A stretch of DNA of 64,000 nt from Chryseobacterium gleum. Its GTDB lineage: Bacteria > Bacteroidota > Bacteroidia > Flavobacteriales > Flavobacteriaceae. Both the position numbers and the translations under genes were made by a program. The stretch is taken from NCBI GenBank assembly GCA_945897915.1, contig CAMDGB010000009.1:41-64040 (forward strand), in the 5' to 3' direction. Below, one piece after another: positions 28,508 through 38,532 of the stretch. Within the stretch, counting starts at the first letter, position 1. Every line of letters starts with the position of its first letter. The notes below the pieces were generated by a model. That model ran no database searches. It was not told the origin of the DNA and was given only the letters and a program-made list of their open reading frames with translations.

Positions 28508-30784
28508 TTAATACAAGCTTACATTAAACAAACGCAGTTCTTCCCAAGTGAATTGATTACCGTATTTTTCTTTTAAAACTCCCAAACCTTCTCCTTTATA
28601 ATCCTTAAAAACTTCTTGCAAGGTTGCAATTTTTTCGTCGGACATTACATCTGAGATGGTTAAGGCTTCCATTTGAATTAGCTTGATAAAATGTAAATAA
28701 ATTGTGCCAATTGTAACTTTACGCTTGGCCGCAATTTCCTCAATTGATAAATTTTCTTTCCAAAGATCTAAAGTGATTTCTATAGTTGCCTTTTTTGGTT
28801 CTATTGATTTGGCTTTTTTAGCTTTGGTTTTCTTACTAAATGTTTCCGAATAATCTTTGGCTACAAAGCCGTCAATTTCCTTGAATTTTTCAGATAATGA
28901 CGCTATTTTATTAATTTTATAATACTTCATTTCATCAGACGACATTGTGTTTTTATTGAATTCAATTCCGTTGACTAGATTTTTAACCAACAACATTGAT
29001 TTTTTCAATTGCAAAACCGTTTTTAATTGAATTTCCTCTAATTCTAATAGTTCATCGTGAAACATATTAGATTTTTTAAGGTTGCTAACTTCTGCAATTT
29101 TCAAAAGCAAGTCGGTTATCTGATAATCTAATGTTTTATAATAATATTGATAAGCCGCTTCGCATCTTTCCGCTAAAAACGGAATATCTATAGCATCTTG
29201 ATAACAAATTTTCTGAATTTGGTTACTAAATTTTTGTGATGAATCTAATAAAGCGCCTAGTATACTTTCGTTTTGTTGTGCCCAAATTCGGTATTTTGAT
29301 TTTGTTGAATTGGCTACTTCGTCATTATACGAAAATAAATGATTGCGCCATTGTTGTGCCAATTGTCTGAAATCGAAACTTTTACATAATTCTAATCGTA
29401 AAAAATGCTTCGTTTCTAATTCTAACGATTTCTCTAAAACAATTTCATCCGCTTTATTGTTGGCATAATTTAAAACTTCTGTGTCAGAAGAAATGCCATT
29501 TAATTGTATAGGAGAAAGTAAAATTAATCCTTTTAATGAACGAAGTCGGGATAAAGCAACATAGGCTTGTCCGGGCGCAAATACACGTGAAACATCTAAT
29601 ACGGCGTTATCAAAAGTTAAACCTTGACTCTTATGAACCGTAATTGCCCAAGCTAATTTTAAAGGATAATGACTAAATGTTCCAACAACCGTTTCCTCAA
29701 TCTCTTTTGTATTTGGATTTACCGAATATTTTATATTTTCCCAAGTGTATAAATCTACTTCCACTATTTTGTTTTCATCTTCAAAATAAACCAAAATTTC
29801 TTTTTCTTCTAATGAAGTAATTTTACCAATTTTTCCATTAAAATAATTTTTTTCAAAAGAGGTGTCGTTTTTAATAAACATGACTTGGGCGCCAACTTTT
29901 AAATCCATTTTTGGATCAATAGGATAAATTTTCTCTGGAAAATCTTCTACAATTTCGGGAAAGTAAGAAAGCGTTTTGGTTTTTAATTCTGCTAAAGCTT
30001 CTTTATTAATTTCGTCTGCTTTTGCGTTATGTGTGGTAACAATGATACAACCGTTATGGTCTTTTATATTAAATTTTGGGTTTACATATTGATTTAAAAT
30101 AGCAATATTCTCTTTGGTGATTTTGTTGTTTCGAAGGTTGTTTAAAATAGAGATGAACACTTCGTCATCTTGACGATAAATTTTATCTAATTCAATATAT
30201 AAAGGCGGATTTTGTTTTATTACTTGCGAATGAAAAAAGAACATGCCTTGGTAATAATGTTTTAATTCATACCATTCTTCTTGCTTAATTACGGGCGGTA
30301 ATTGCAATAAATCGCCTATAAAAAGTACTTGAACACCACCAAAAGGCGCATCAATTCGACGCACTTTTTGAAGCATAAAATCAATCGCATCCAACACGTC
30401 TGGACGAAGCATAGACACTTCATCAATAATTAGCAATTCTAAATTTACCAGCACTTGTTTTTTAGTGCCATTCATTCGGAAATGTTTAGTAATCGTGCTT
30501 TTAGTTTCAAATTTATATTGCTGCGAGTTGGAATAAACTTCCTTAAAATCAGGAATAAAAGCTGCAAAAGGCAGCTGAAACATTGAATGAATGGTAACGC
30601 CACCAGCATTAAGCGCAGCAATTCCGGTAGGAGCAACCACAACTGTGTTTTTATGTGAAGTGGCAATAATTTCTTTAAGAAGTGTGGTTTTTCCAGTTCC
30701 TGCTTTACCTGTTAAAAAAACAGATTTATTGGTTTGGTTGATAAATTGCAGGGTGTACTGAGCGGCTTTTGATAGATTTTTCAT
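28508..30784 (-). CDS. PIF1/RecD-like SF1B helicase with C-terminal HTH
   Basis: GKAGTGKT, DEVSM, GDLLQLPP, HKSQG, GQAYVALSR; C-terminal SIEEIAAKRKVTIGTIYLH HTH. Confidence 0.9.
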   Translation of the reverse strand: MKNLSKAAQYTLQFINQTNKSVFLTGKAGTGKTTLLKEIIATSHKNTVVVAPTGIAALNAGGVTIHSMFQLPFAAFIPDFKEVYSNSQQYKFETKSTITKHFRMNGTKKQVLVNLELLIIDEVSMLRPDVLDAIDFMLQKVRRIDAPFGGVQVLFIGDLLQLPPVIKQEEWYELKHYYQGMFFFHSQVIKQNPPLYIELDKIYRQDDEVFISILNNLRNNKITKENIAILNQYVNPKFNIKDHNGCIIVTTHNAKADEINKEALAELKTKTLSYFPEIVEDFPEKIYPIDPKMDLKVGAQVMFIKNDTSFEKNYFNGKIGKITSLEEKEILVYFEDENKIVEVDLYTWENIKYSVNPNTKEIEETVVGTFSHYPLKLAWAITVHKSQGLTFDNAVLDVSRVFAPGQAYVALSRLRSLKGLILLSPIQLNGISSDTEVLNYANNKADEIVLEKSLELETKHFLRLELCKSFDFRQLAQQWRNHLFSYNDEVANSTKSKYRIWAQQNESILGALLDSSQKFSNQIQKICYQDAIDIPFLAERCEAAYQYYYKTLDYQITDLLLKIAEVSNLKKSNMFHDELLELEEIQLKTVLQLKKSMLLVKNLVNGIEFNKNTMSSDEMKYYKINKIASLSEKFKEIDGFVAKDYSETFSKKTKAKKAKSIEPKKATIEITLDLWKENLSIEEIAAKRKVTIGTIYLHFIKLIQMEALTISDVMSDEKIATLQEVFKDYKGEGLGVLKEKYGNQFTWEELRLFNVSLY

Positions 30785-30872
30785 TTGGCGGATAGTTTTG
30801 ATATAAAGTTAAAGGCAAATAATCAATGGTGTTTTATTGTTCGTTGACAAACAAATTTAATTGAAAAAAGTT

Positions 30873-30891
30873 TCTGAAACAAGTTCCGCAT
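30873..30891 (-). repeat. REP-like palindrome copy (partial)
   Basis: Reverse complement ATGCGGAACTTGTTTCAGA. Confidence 0.6.
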
Positions 30892-30931
30892 AATAAAATA
30901 AAAAAAGCCCTGATTTCTCAAGGCTTATTAA

Positions 30932-31480
30932 TTATTTCTTTTGGTTTGTTGTTTTGTATTGTTCGTTTAGTTCTTTCAGCAACTTATCTGTTAAGTTGTA
31001 CGAATCTTTTGCATAAATTACTGAAGGCGCATCTTCAGAAGTTGTAAAAATATAATCGAATTTTTGTTTTTTACCAAAGTCTCTAATGTATTTTTTTACT
31101 TGTTGAATTAAGGTGTCTTGTAACTTTCCGCCTTCTGTTTGAATTTGAGCTAAAACTTGATCTCTCTCTTGTAAAATTTGTTGTTCTCTTTGTTGCAATT
31201 CGGCATATTTTTGTTGGGCCCAAGCTTGTCCGTTGGCTTGTGCATTGCGTTGAAAAGCATCTTTTTCTGCCTGTAATTGTCTGCCTTTAGTTTCTAATGG
31301 TCTGCCTATTTCTTCAGATTTAACTTTAAACTTTTCGTTTTCATCTTTAAACTTTTCGTATTTTTCTAATAGAACAGAGGTATCAATATATCCTGTTTTA
31401 AATTCTGTTTTTGAAGTTGTCGTTTGTTGACAAGAGATTAATGTTACACATACTGCAACAATGCTTAGTAATTTTTTCAT
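30932..31480 (-). CDS. OmpH/Skp family chaperone (lipoprotein)
   Basis: Lipobox LISC, GYIDT, coiled coil, YDYIF-like FDYIF, NLTDKLLKELN. Confidence 0.88.
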   Translation of the reverse strand: MKKLLSIVAVCVTLISCQQTTTSKTEFKTGYIDTSVLLEKYEKFKDENEKFKVKSEEIGRPLETKGRQLQAEKDAFQRNAQANGQAWAQQKYAELQQREQQILQERDQVLAQIQTEGGKLQDTLIQQVKKYIRDFGKKQKFDYIFTTSEDAPSVIYAKDSYNLTDKLLKELNEQYKTTNQKK

Positions 31481-31757
31481 TTTTTATATAGTATGATTAT
31501 TTAATAGGAAATCCTTTATGGAAATCGATTTTTTAATTTTGGTAAAAATAATAGGTTTCTTTTAATTTTTAATTATTTTTTTAAAATAAATTATAAAACA
31601 ATAACTATAAGAAAATCTTATGTATAATTTAATTTGTAATAAGAAATTACTATTGAAAACTGCTTGTTTAAACCAATGTTAGAATAAATATCTTTTTTTT
31701 TAAAGCCAAGAAGGTGTTTTTGTAATAAAATGGCGTTAAAACGAGTTTATTTGCGTT

Positions 31758-32606
31758 TTACTTGTTTTTTATGATATAAATATGCGATGAAAACTCGTTT
31801 TTAAAGCATCCTGATACATTTGAAACAAAACCGACTAAAAATCCTTTTACGAAACTCATTTTACCGTTTTTGTATTTTTCTGATAATAAGGAAACATAAA
31901 AACTATCAAACCACATGGGTTTTACTTTTTTCAATTCCATACCAACATCCGAAAATAATCTTTTTATGCTGTTTTTTGAAAAATGCCATAAATGACGAGG
32001 AGCATCATACGCTGCCCAAAAACGATTATAATATTTTGCATCGTAAGATTTATAATTTGGTACAGCAATAATTATGGTTCCGTTTGGCTTAACAATCCGT
32101 TTTAAATTAGTTATGTATTCTGTTAAATTTGGCACGTGTTCTAAAACGTGCCACATAGTAACCACATCAAAAGTGTTTTCTGGTAAAGTAAAAATATCTT
32201 CTGTAAACAAAACGCCTTTTTGATTTGCTAATGCTTTTGCGTCGGAATTAGGCTCGAAACCCAAAATAGTCCAACCTTGGTTTTTGGCTTCCACTAAAAA
32301 ATCACCTGTGCCGCAACCAATATCTAATAAACGCCCTTTGTTATTTTGTTGTTTTGTGATTAAGGCAACCTTGCCTTTAATTGCATTTCGTTTTACTAAA
32401 TGGTATATTTTTTCAAATACTGTTCTTTTGCCATCTGTATGTGAAATATAATCTTCGCTTTCATAATACTTTGGTAAAACAGCTAACGATGGAGTAGGAT
32501 GTGTTTTTAAAATATCATATTCTTTGTTGTATAACAGTGAAAACGTTTCTTTTGAAACGGAATAGTCTTTAACTAATATGAATTGGTTTTCTTCTAAAAA
32601 TTTCAT
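31758..32606 (-). CDS. Class I SAM-dependent methyltransferase
   Basis: LLDIGCGTG, FDVVTMWHVLEHV, IAVPN. Confidence 0.9.
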   Translation of the reverse strand: MKFLEENQFILVKDYSVSKETFSLLYNKEYDILKTHPTPSLAVLPKYYESEDYISHTDGKRTVFEKIYHLVKRNAIKGKVALITKQQNNKGRLLDIGCGTGDFLVEAKNQGWTILGFEPNSDAKALANQKGVLFTEDIFTLPENTFDVVTMWHVLEHVPNLTEYITNLKRIVKPNGTIIIAVPNYKSYDAKYYNRFWAAYDAPRHLWHFSKNSIKRLFSDVGMELKKVKPMWFDSFYVSLLSEKYKNGKMSFVKGFLVGFVSNVSGCFKNEFSSHIYIIKNK

Positions 32607-32636
32607 TTATTCTTTATTTATTGACTTTAACAAAGT

Positions 32637-32652
32637 TGTTTCACGTGGAACC
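32637..32652. promoter_or_regulatory. parS site (TGTTTCACGTGGAACC)
   Basis: 15/16 to the 34607 site read on the reverse strand. Confidence 0.85.
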
Positions 32653-32658
32653 TGAAAA

Positions 32659-32722
32659 TTACGATTTTTGATTTTTGATTTACGAAACGTTTAAATCTCA
32701 AATCCAAAATCTCAAATCGTAA
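32659..32722. repeat. Inverted pair of heptamer arrays
   Basis: TTACGAT TTTTGAT TTTTGAT TTACGAA, 8-nt spacer, ATCTCAA ATCCAAA ATCTCAA ATCGTAA. Confidence 0.85.
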
Positions 32723-32728
32723 ATACAT

Positions 32729-34600
32729 TTATCTTCCCATATGAATTAGTAGCACCGAAACATCACTTGGCGACACGCCGCTAATTCTAGAAGCTTGCGC
32801 AATAGTTGCTGGTCTTATTTTTGTTAGTTTTTGACGTGCTTCAATAGAAATCGCTTTAATTTTATCGAAATCATAGTTGTCTGGAATGCGAACATCTTCA
32901 AGACGTTGCAATTTATCTGCATGGTTTTTTTCTTTTTCTATATATCCAGAATATTTCACTTGAATTTCGGCTTGTTCAATAACCTCCTGATCTAAATTGT
33001 TTTCTGAAATATAATCTGTTACTGCTTTAAATTTTAAAATATCGATTAAATCAATTTGTGGGCGTGAAAAAACTTTAAACATTTTATCGCCTTGCGTCAT
33101 CAAGCTTGATCCTTTTGCTTCTAAAATTGGATTTGCAATTTCGGCTTTAATACTTGTTTCTTTGAAGAAAGTAACGAATTTATCTGATGCGTCTAATTTA
33201 TATTCCATTCGTTTTAAACGATCTGCTTTAGCTAAACCAATAGAAAATCCTTTCGGAGTTAATCTTAAATCGGCATTATCTTGTCGTAATAAAGTTCTAT
33301 ATTCTGCACGAGAAGTAAACATTCTATATGGCTCTTCTGTTCCTTTAGTAATTAAATCATCTATCAGAACGCCAATATAAGCTTCATCTCTTTTTAATAT
33401 TAAAGGTTCTTTTTCTTGAACTTTAAGCGCTGCATTAATTCCAGCCATTAAACCTTGAGAAGCGGCTTCTTCATAACCGGTTGTGCCGTTAATTTGTCCC
33501 GCAAAATACAAACCTTGAATTAATTTGGTTTCTAAAGTGTGTTTTAATTGTGTAGGTGGAAAGTAATCGTACTCGATAGCATATCCAGGGCGAAAAAATT
33601 TTACCTTTTCAAAACCTACTACGGAGCGTAAAGCTTTAAATTGAACATCTTCTGGCAAGGAAGTTGAGAAGCCGTTTACATATACTTCACATGTTTTCCA
33701 ACCTTCAGGTTCAATAAACAGTTGATGGCGTTCTTTATCTGCAAATCGGTTTATTTTGTCCTCGATAGATGGGCAATATCTTGGTCCGATAGATTTAATT
33801 CTGCCATTAAACATTGGGCTTCTGTCAAATCCTTCGCGTAATAAATCATGAACAACCTCGGAAGTATAGGTCATAAAACAAGAGCGTTGTTTCGTTAAAG
33901 GCTTGGTAACATCAGAATACGAAAATTTTGAAGGGTTTAAATCGCCCGGTTGTTCAATCATTTTTGAATAATCTAAAGAACGACCATCTACTCGAGGCGG
34001 CGTACCTGTTTTCATTCTGCCAGATTCAAAACCTAATTTTAGTAAATCTTCTGTAATTCCAAAAGAAGCACTTTCGCCGGCACGACCTCCTCCAAATTGT
34101 TTGTCGCCAATATGAATTAAACCATTTAAAAAGGTGCCATTTGTAAGTACAACAGTTTTGGCTATAATCTCTAATCCAAGAGAAGTTTTGATGCCTTTAA
34201 TTTGATTTTCTTCTGTTATAATCCCGGAAACCATTTCTTGATAGAAATCTAAATTGGGCGTGCCTTCTAACATCATTCTCCATTCTTCAGCAAAACGCAT
34301 CCTGTCTGATTGGCATCGGGGCGACCACATAGCCGGTCCCTTAGAAAGATTAAGCATTTTAAATTGTATGGCCGTGTTGTCAGAAACAATTCCTGAATAT
34401 CCTCCCAAAGCGTCAATTTCACGAACAATTTGACCTTTTGCGATACCTCCCATAGCTGGATTACAAGACATTTGGGCAATGTTTTGCAAATTCATAGTAA
34501 CCAGTAACGTACTGCAGCCCATGTTAGCCGCAGCCGCAGCGGCCTCACAGCCTGCATGTCCGGCGCCTACAACAATTACATCATATTTTTCTTGAAACAT
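32729..34600 (-). CDS. mnmG: tRNA uridine 5-carboxymethylaminomethyl modification enzyme MnmG (GidA)
   Basis: VVGAGHAGCEAA, MSCNPAMGG, GPRYCPSIEDK, FAGQINGTTGYEEAA. Confidence 0.98.
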   Translation of the reverse strand: MFQEKYDVIVVGAGHAGCEAAAAAANMGCSTLLVTMNLQNIAQMSCNPAMGGIAKGQIVREIDALGGYSGIVSDNTAIQFKMLNLSKGPAMWSPRCQSDRMRFAEEWRMMLEGTPNLDFYQEMVSGIITEENQIKGIKTSLGLEIIAKTVVLTNGTFLNGLIHIGDKQFGGGRAGESASFGITEDLLKLGFESGRMKTGTPPRVDGRSLDYSKMIEQPGDLNPSKFSYSDVTKPLTKQRSCFMTYTSEVVHDLLREGFDRSPMFNGRIKSIGPRYCPSIEDKINRFADKERHQLFIEPEGWKTCEVYVNGFSTSLPEDVQFKALRSVVGFEKVKFFRPGYAIEYDYFPPTQLKHTLETKLIQGLYFAGQINGTTGYEEAASQGLMAGINAALKVQEKEPLILKRDEAYIGVLIDDLITKGTEEPYRMFTSRAEYRTLLRQDNADLRLTPKGFSIGLAKADRLKRMEYKLDASDKFVTFFKETSIKAEIANPILEAKGSSLMTQGDKMFKVFSRPQIDLIDILKFKAVTDYISENNLDQEVIEQAEIQVKYSGYIEKEKNHADKLQRLEDVRIPDNYDFDKIKAISIEARQKLTKIRPATIAQASRISGVSPSDVSVLLIHMGR

Positions 34601-34606
34601 ATTTTT

Positions 34607-34622
34607 TGTTCCACGTGAAACA
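34607..34622. promoter_or_regulatory. parS site (TGTTCCACGTGAAACA)
   Basis: Matches the canonical ParB-binding consensus TGTTNCACGTGAAACA; just upstream of the mnmG start. Confidence 0.9.
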
Positions 34623-34646
34623 CGTGGATAATTTTAAAAGTTTTTT

Positions 34647-34662
34647 TGTTCCACATGGAACA
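34647..34662. promoter_or_regulatory. parS site (TGTTCCACATGGAACA)
   Basis: Near-palindromic consensus match. Confidence 0.8.
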
Positions 34663-34680
34663 AAATAACAAATTATTATA

Positions 34681-35100
34681 CTATAGTTCCACGTGGAACA
34701 AACTTATTTTTTCGTTTTCTTTTGTGCGCATTTCTAATGCTTCTGTGTCTGATTTATCTTTGTATCCACAATAATGCAAAACACCGTGTGCTAAAACTCG
34801 CTTTAATTCATCTTCAAAAGAAACCATATACTCATTTGCATTGTATTTAACTCTTTCAACAGAGATAAAAATATCCCCACTAATTATATCACCTTCTGAG
34901 TAATCAAAACTAATAATGTCTGTAAACGTGTCGTGTTTTAAATATTGAAGGTTAATAGCGTGTAAATAATTGTCGTCACAAAAAATATAAGAAATCTCTC
35001 CTAAAGTTTTGTTTTCAGACGTTACAATAGTTTCTATCCAAGAAGCGAAACGCTCTTCGTGATCTAAAATAAAATCAGATTCGTAATTAAAACTAATCAT
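34681..35100 (-). CDS. ybeY: rRNA maturation endoribonuclease YbeY
   Basis: TDIISF and HGVLHYCGYKD (HxxxH..G.D) motif. Confidence 0.95.
   Translation of the reverse strand: MISFNYESDFILDHEERFASWIETIVTSENKTLGEISYIFCDDNYLHAINLQYLKHDTFTDIISFDYSEGDIISGDIFISVERVKYNANEYMVSFEDELKRVLAHGVLHYCGYKDKSDTEALEMRTKENEKISLFHVEL
34685..34700. promoter_or_regulatory. parS site inside ybeY 3' end (AGTTCCACGTGGAACA)
   Basis: Near-consensus; encodes the terminal FHVEL of YbeY on the minus strand. Confidence 0.85.
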
Positions 35101-38100
35101 TGCTTTTAAAATATTGTTGCACTTTGGTATTAAAATTGGGTTGCAAAGGTAAGCTTTGTCTGTTTAATATTTCTACACTTTTTAAATAATTTATTAAGGC
35201 GGGAGGAAGAGGTTTGTTGCTTCCTAAAAAATCCATTGTATTGGTGTTCGATTCTCTTTTAGTGTCTTGTCCTTGTTGTTTTATTGCAGATTCTAGTTTT
35301 AACAATTCGTGATTAATTTGTAACGCGCGATTAATATTGTCTTGTGTAAGACCTTTATTAATTAATTGCTTCTCTAGCTCTTTCATTTGTTTTACAGCGT
35401 TTTGACCATTCCCTCCCATGCCATTTTTTTCTAATTCGTTTTGCAGCGATTCGCGGAGTGCTTGTTGTTCTTTTATTATTTCTAATAGTTTTCCAGCGTC
35501 GCCTTCGCCATCTTTTCCTTCGTTTCCTTGAGAACCGCCTTCACCTTCTTGGCTTCCTTTTTTACCCTGCCCTGGTTTAGGTTTACCGTCTTTCATTTTG
35601 TCGCCCAACCCTTTTTGTTTAGAAATAATGTCCGATAATTGGCCGCCTTTTCCTTTACCGGGTTTGGGCTTTCCACTTCCGCCAGATGACGACATACTCA
35701 TGCTCATTTCGCTTTGCACGTTACTAAGAAAATCGGCTAATTTGTTAGCAGAAGATAATGTAAATTGTTGGTGTGAAATTCCTTTTGCGCGATTAGTAGA
35801 AACTAAATTTTCAATAGATTTATCTAGGTTATAATGTATTTCTTCTACTTCCTTTAGAACCAAATCAGAAAGTTTTGGTTGACGCAAAGATAAAGCAAAC
35901 AAACTGTCGTCAACATGCTTGAATTGTGTTTTTAAATCTTGCTGGTTTTTTAATAACGCGCTTACGTTAGATTTTGAACTAGAAACCGACTTAAATTGCT
36001 TCATTAATTTTTCTTGATCAAATGAAAAAGACAATAAATTATCTAAAATTTGACGTAATACTTTTGCGTCTTCGGCGTTATCTTCCATTTCCCCAGATGA
36101 CATTGAGTCGGACATTTTTTGACTCATTTCTTTCATTTTTTGAGCCGCCGATTTTTGATTCTTCTTTGCTTGTTTTTGTTCTTTCTTTTCTATGTTGTCT
36201 TCTGCTTTTTGCTGTTCTTGGCCTACGTCATTTTGATCGCCTTTATCGTTTGGAATATCCATAGGCGACTTCAAGTCTTTATTTTCTTTTTCTAATGCAT
36301 CCAACTCTTTTTTTAAATCATCAAACTCTTTTGAAAGCTTTTCTTGTTCCTCTTTAGTTGGGTTTTCTTTATCGGAAAGTTTATCTTGTTTCGAAGCCAG
36401 CTTATCTAATTTATCAGCTAATTGGGCTGCTTTTTGTTCAACATAATATCTTTTTGTAAGTTCCACCAATTGCTCTAAAGATTTTTGTTGCGTTTTTGCT
36501 TGTTGTTTTAATTTGTCTACTTTATCAAATAATTCTTCTTTCTCTAATTTTTTTGCCAACTCTTCAAGTTCCTTTAAAAGCTTTTCGTTTTTCGCAGCTT
36601 GTTTTTCGTTTTTTTCTAAACGATTTAAAAGTTCTTGTTTCATTTCATCTTTTTGTTCGGGCTTAAATTGTTCTAGATTTTCCTTTATTTTTTCAGAAAA
36701 TTCTTTCATCATTTCGTCTTGTTGTTTTTGACGATTAATAAAATCTTGGATTTTCTTTTGATCTTTATAATCTAAGTTGTCTTTTTGTTTGTCTAGTTTT
36801 TTTAGTTTGTCTAGAGCTTCAAATTGCTTGTCTTGATTGTCTAAAGCTTTTTGCAAACTATTGATGTTTGATTGTTGTTCTTTTAAGGATTTTTGCTCTT
36901 TTTGCTCATTTGTCAATTCAGAATGAGAAAAAACAGCTGATTTTGACGATTTAAAGCCGTTAACTACGTCATTATCAAACACTTCGAAATAATATTCGTA
37001 ATTAATTCCAGGCTGTAAAGTAATTCTGTCAGGGAAAGCATATACAAATTGGTCAACAACTTTATTTTTTAATACCAGCCCTTTTCGGAAAAGAACCGAG
37101 GGTTTGTTTTTATCGTAAAACACCACTTGTAATTTAGACATCCCGTAATCGTCAGATACTTGTCCTATAATTACTTTTTGTGTTAATTTTAAATTATCCG
37201 GGGTTTCAGAAACTGAAATGCTTGGAAACTGATCTTTTAAAACGGTGAATTTATATTGAAGCTTTTCATAGTTTTTTAACTGAGAATTCGAAATTGAAAT
37301 TACATAATCCGTTGTGGTTACAATTCGTTTTGTGTAAAAAAATTGATTCTCTTTTTTGCTAAATAAATCAGAATTTGATTCTTTTTTAAAAGCCACTTCA
37401 GTAGTAGCAAATGCATTTATTTTCCAAGTAATCATTGTCCCTTCTGGAATAACAGCATTTCCTGTGCCTTGAATAATTTCTGGTTTTTTCCCTAAATAAT
37501 TTGGAAAATTTAATTGCATGACAAAGGATGAAATGGTAGGCACATTAACAACATTTAAAACATAATCTGCAGAAGTAATGTTATTCGATTTTAGATGAAA
37601 TGTAATGTCTTTCTGAACATTATCAAATTGATAAATAAATTTTCCAGGCGCTGTTTTTTCTAAAAAATATTCTTCGTTATTAATTAAAATTGAAGCGTTT
37701 TCTGGAATGACGGTTCCAATCGTTTTTACAATTAATTTAAACGATTTATTTTGTTCCACGTTTAAAGTAGTAGAAATAATTTCAAACTTAAAAGCGGCTG
37801 GTCTTTCAAAGTTAGTATCGTATTGAAGTACTCTGGCAAAACTTTTAGAAATCACTTCCGAATTTCCCGAAACATAAAAGAATAAAATAAACAATAACGG
37901 GATAAGCGCAAAAGGTAAATATTTTTTATTGCCGTTAAAGTTTATAGCGTTTGCAAACGGAATGGGTTGTAAGTTTTTTGCTTTTTGTTCAATAGAAGCC
38001 AATACCAACTCTGAAGGTTCTGTTGTGTTGGCTAATTGTAAGAAATTAAGTAATTTATCTTGAACTTCATCAAAATGAATTCCGATAATTTTTGAGGCTT

Positions 38101-38422
38101 CGGTATAATTTAAACCTTTCTGAATTTTAAATAATTTCGTTAAGGGGAAAATAATAAATTTAGACAACAAAAACGCCTCTACAAACAAAAACAACCCAAA
38201 CAAAATAGTTCTTCCTTGGGTAGAAAACCATAAAAAATATTCTATTAAAAAAGTAAAAATAAAATACAATAAGCCAATGGTAATAAATAGAAGTATTCCT
38301 TTTATCAACTCATTGGTGTAAAATTTCTTGATAAATCCTTCCAGTTTATTATAAATTACTGCTTTTTTATCCAAAATATTCCCTCGTTTATTTATGACTG
38401 ATAAATCTACAAAAAAAATCAA
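35093..38422 (-). CDS. Large membrane-anchored coiled-coil protein (DUF4175-like)
   Basis: N-terminal TMs, Ig-like middle with DDYG and VFDND, long Q/K/E coiled coil and G/S-rich linker. Start uncertain (TTG 38374 plausible). Confidence 0.7.
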   Translation of the reverse strand: MIFFVDLSVINKRGNILDKKAVIYNKLEGFIKKFYTNELIKGILLFITIGLLYFIFTFLIEYFLWFSTQGRTILFGLFLFVEAFLLSKFIIFPLTKLFKIQKGLNYTEASKIIGIHFDEVQDKLLNFLQLANTTEPSELVLASIEQKAKNLQPIPFANAINFNGNKKYLPFALIPLLFILFFYVSGNSEVISKSFARVLQYDTNFERPAAFKFEIISTTLNVEQNKSFKLIVKTIGTVIPENASILINNEEYFLEKTAPGKFIYQFDNVQKDITFHLKSNNITSADYVLNVVNVPTISSFVMQLNFPNYLGKKPEIIQGTGNAVIPEGTMITWKINAFATTEVAFKKESNSDLFSKKENQFFYTKRIVTTTDYVISISNSQLKNYEKLQYKFTVLKDQFPSISVSETPDNLKLTQKVIIGQVSDDYGMSKLQVVFYDKNKPSVLFRKGLVLKNKVVDQFVYAFPDRITLQPGINYEYYFEVFDNDVVNGFKSSKSAVFSHSELTNEQKEQKSLKEQQSNINSLQKALDNQDKQFEALDKLKKLDKQKDNLDYKDQKKIQDFINRQKQQDEMMKEFSEKIKENLEQFKPEQKDEMKQELLNRLEKNEKQAAKNEKLLKELEELAKKLEKEELFDKVDKLKQQAKTQQKSLEQLVELTKRYYVEQKAAQLADKLDKLASKQDKLSDKENPTKEEQEKLSKEFDDLKKELDALEKENKDLKSPMDIPNDKGDQNDVGQEQQKAEDNIEKKEQKQAKKNQKSAAQKMKEMSQKMSDSMSSGEMEDNAEDAKVLRQILDNLLSFSFDQEKLMKQFKSVSSSKSNVSALLKNQQDLKTQFKHVDDSLFALSLRQPKLSDLVLKEVEEIHYNLDKSIENLVSTNRAKGISHQQFTLSSANKLADFLSNVQSEMSMSMSSSGGSGKPKPGKGKGGQLSDIISKQKGLGDKMKDGKPKPGQGKKGSQEGEGGSQGNEGKDGEGDAGKLLEIIKEQQALRESLQNELEKNGMGGNGQNAVKQMKELEKQLINKGLTQDNINRALQINHELLKLESAIKQQGQDTKRESNTNTMDFLGSNKPLPPALINYLKSVEILNRQSLPLQPNFNTKVQQYFKSND

Positions 38423-38439
38423 TGATAAAAAAAATCCTT

Positions 38440-38505
38440 TTTAAAATTCAAATTTCCAAATTTTGATGTATTTGGAATTTGGAATTTTACATTTGGAATT
38501 TTAAA
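38440..38505. repeat. Inverted pair of TTTGGAA-type heptamer arrays
   Basis: TTTAAAA TTCAAA T TTCCAAA ... TTTGGAA TTTGGAA TTTTACA TTTGGAA TTTTAAA. Confidence 0.7.
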
Positions 38506-38532
38506 ATAGTATCTTTGACAAAAATTATTGTG

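Noticed and set aside
31481-31757. Very AT-rich gap between ompH and the methyltransferase as an alternative origin or unwinding element
   Set aside because: Short, lacks clustered DnaA-box-like 9-mers, and lies between co-oriented genes.
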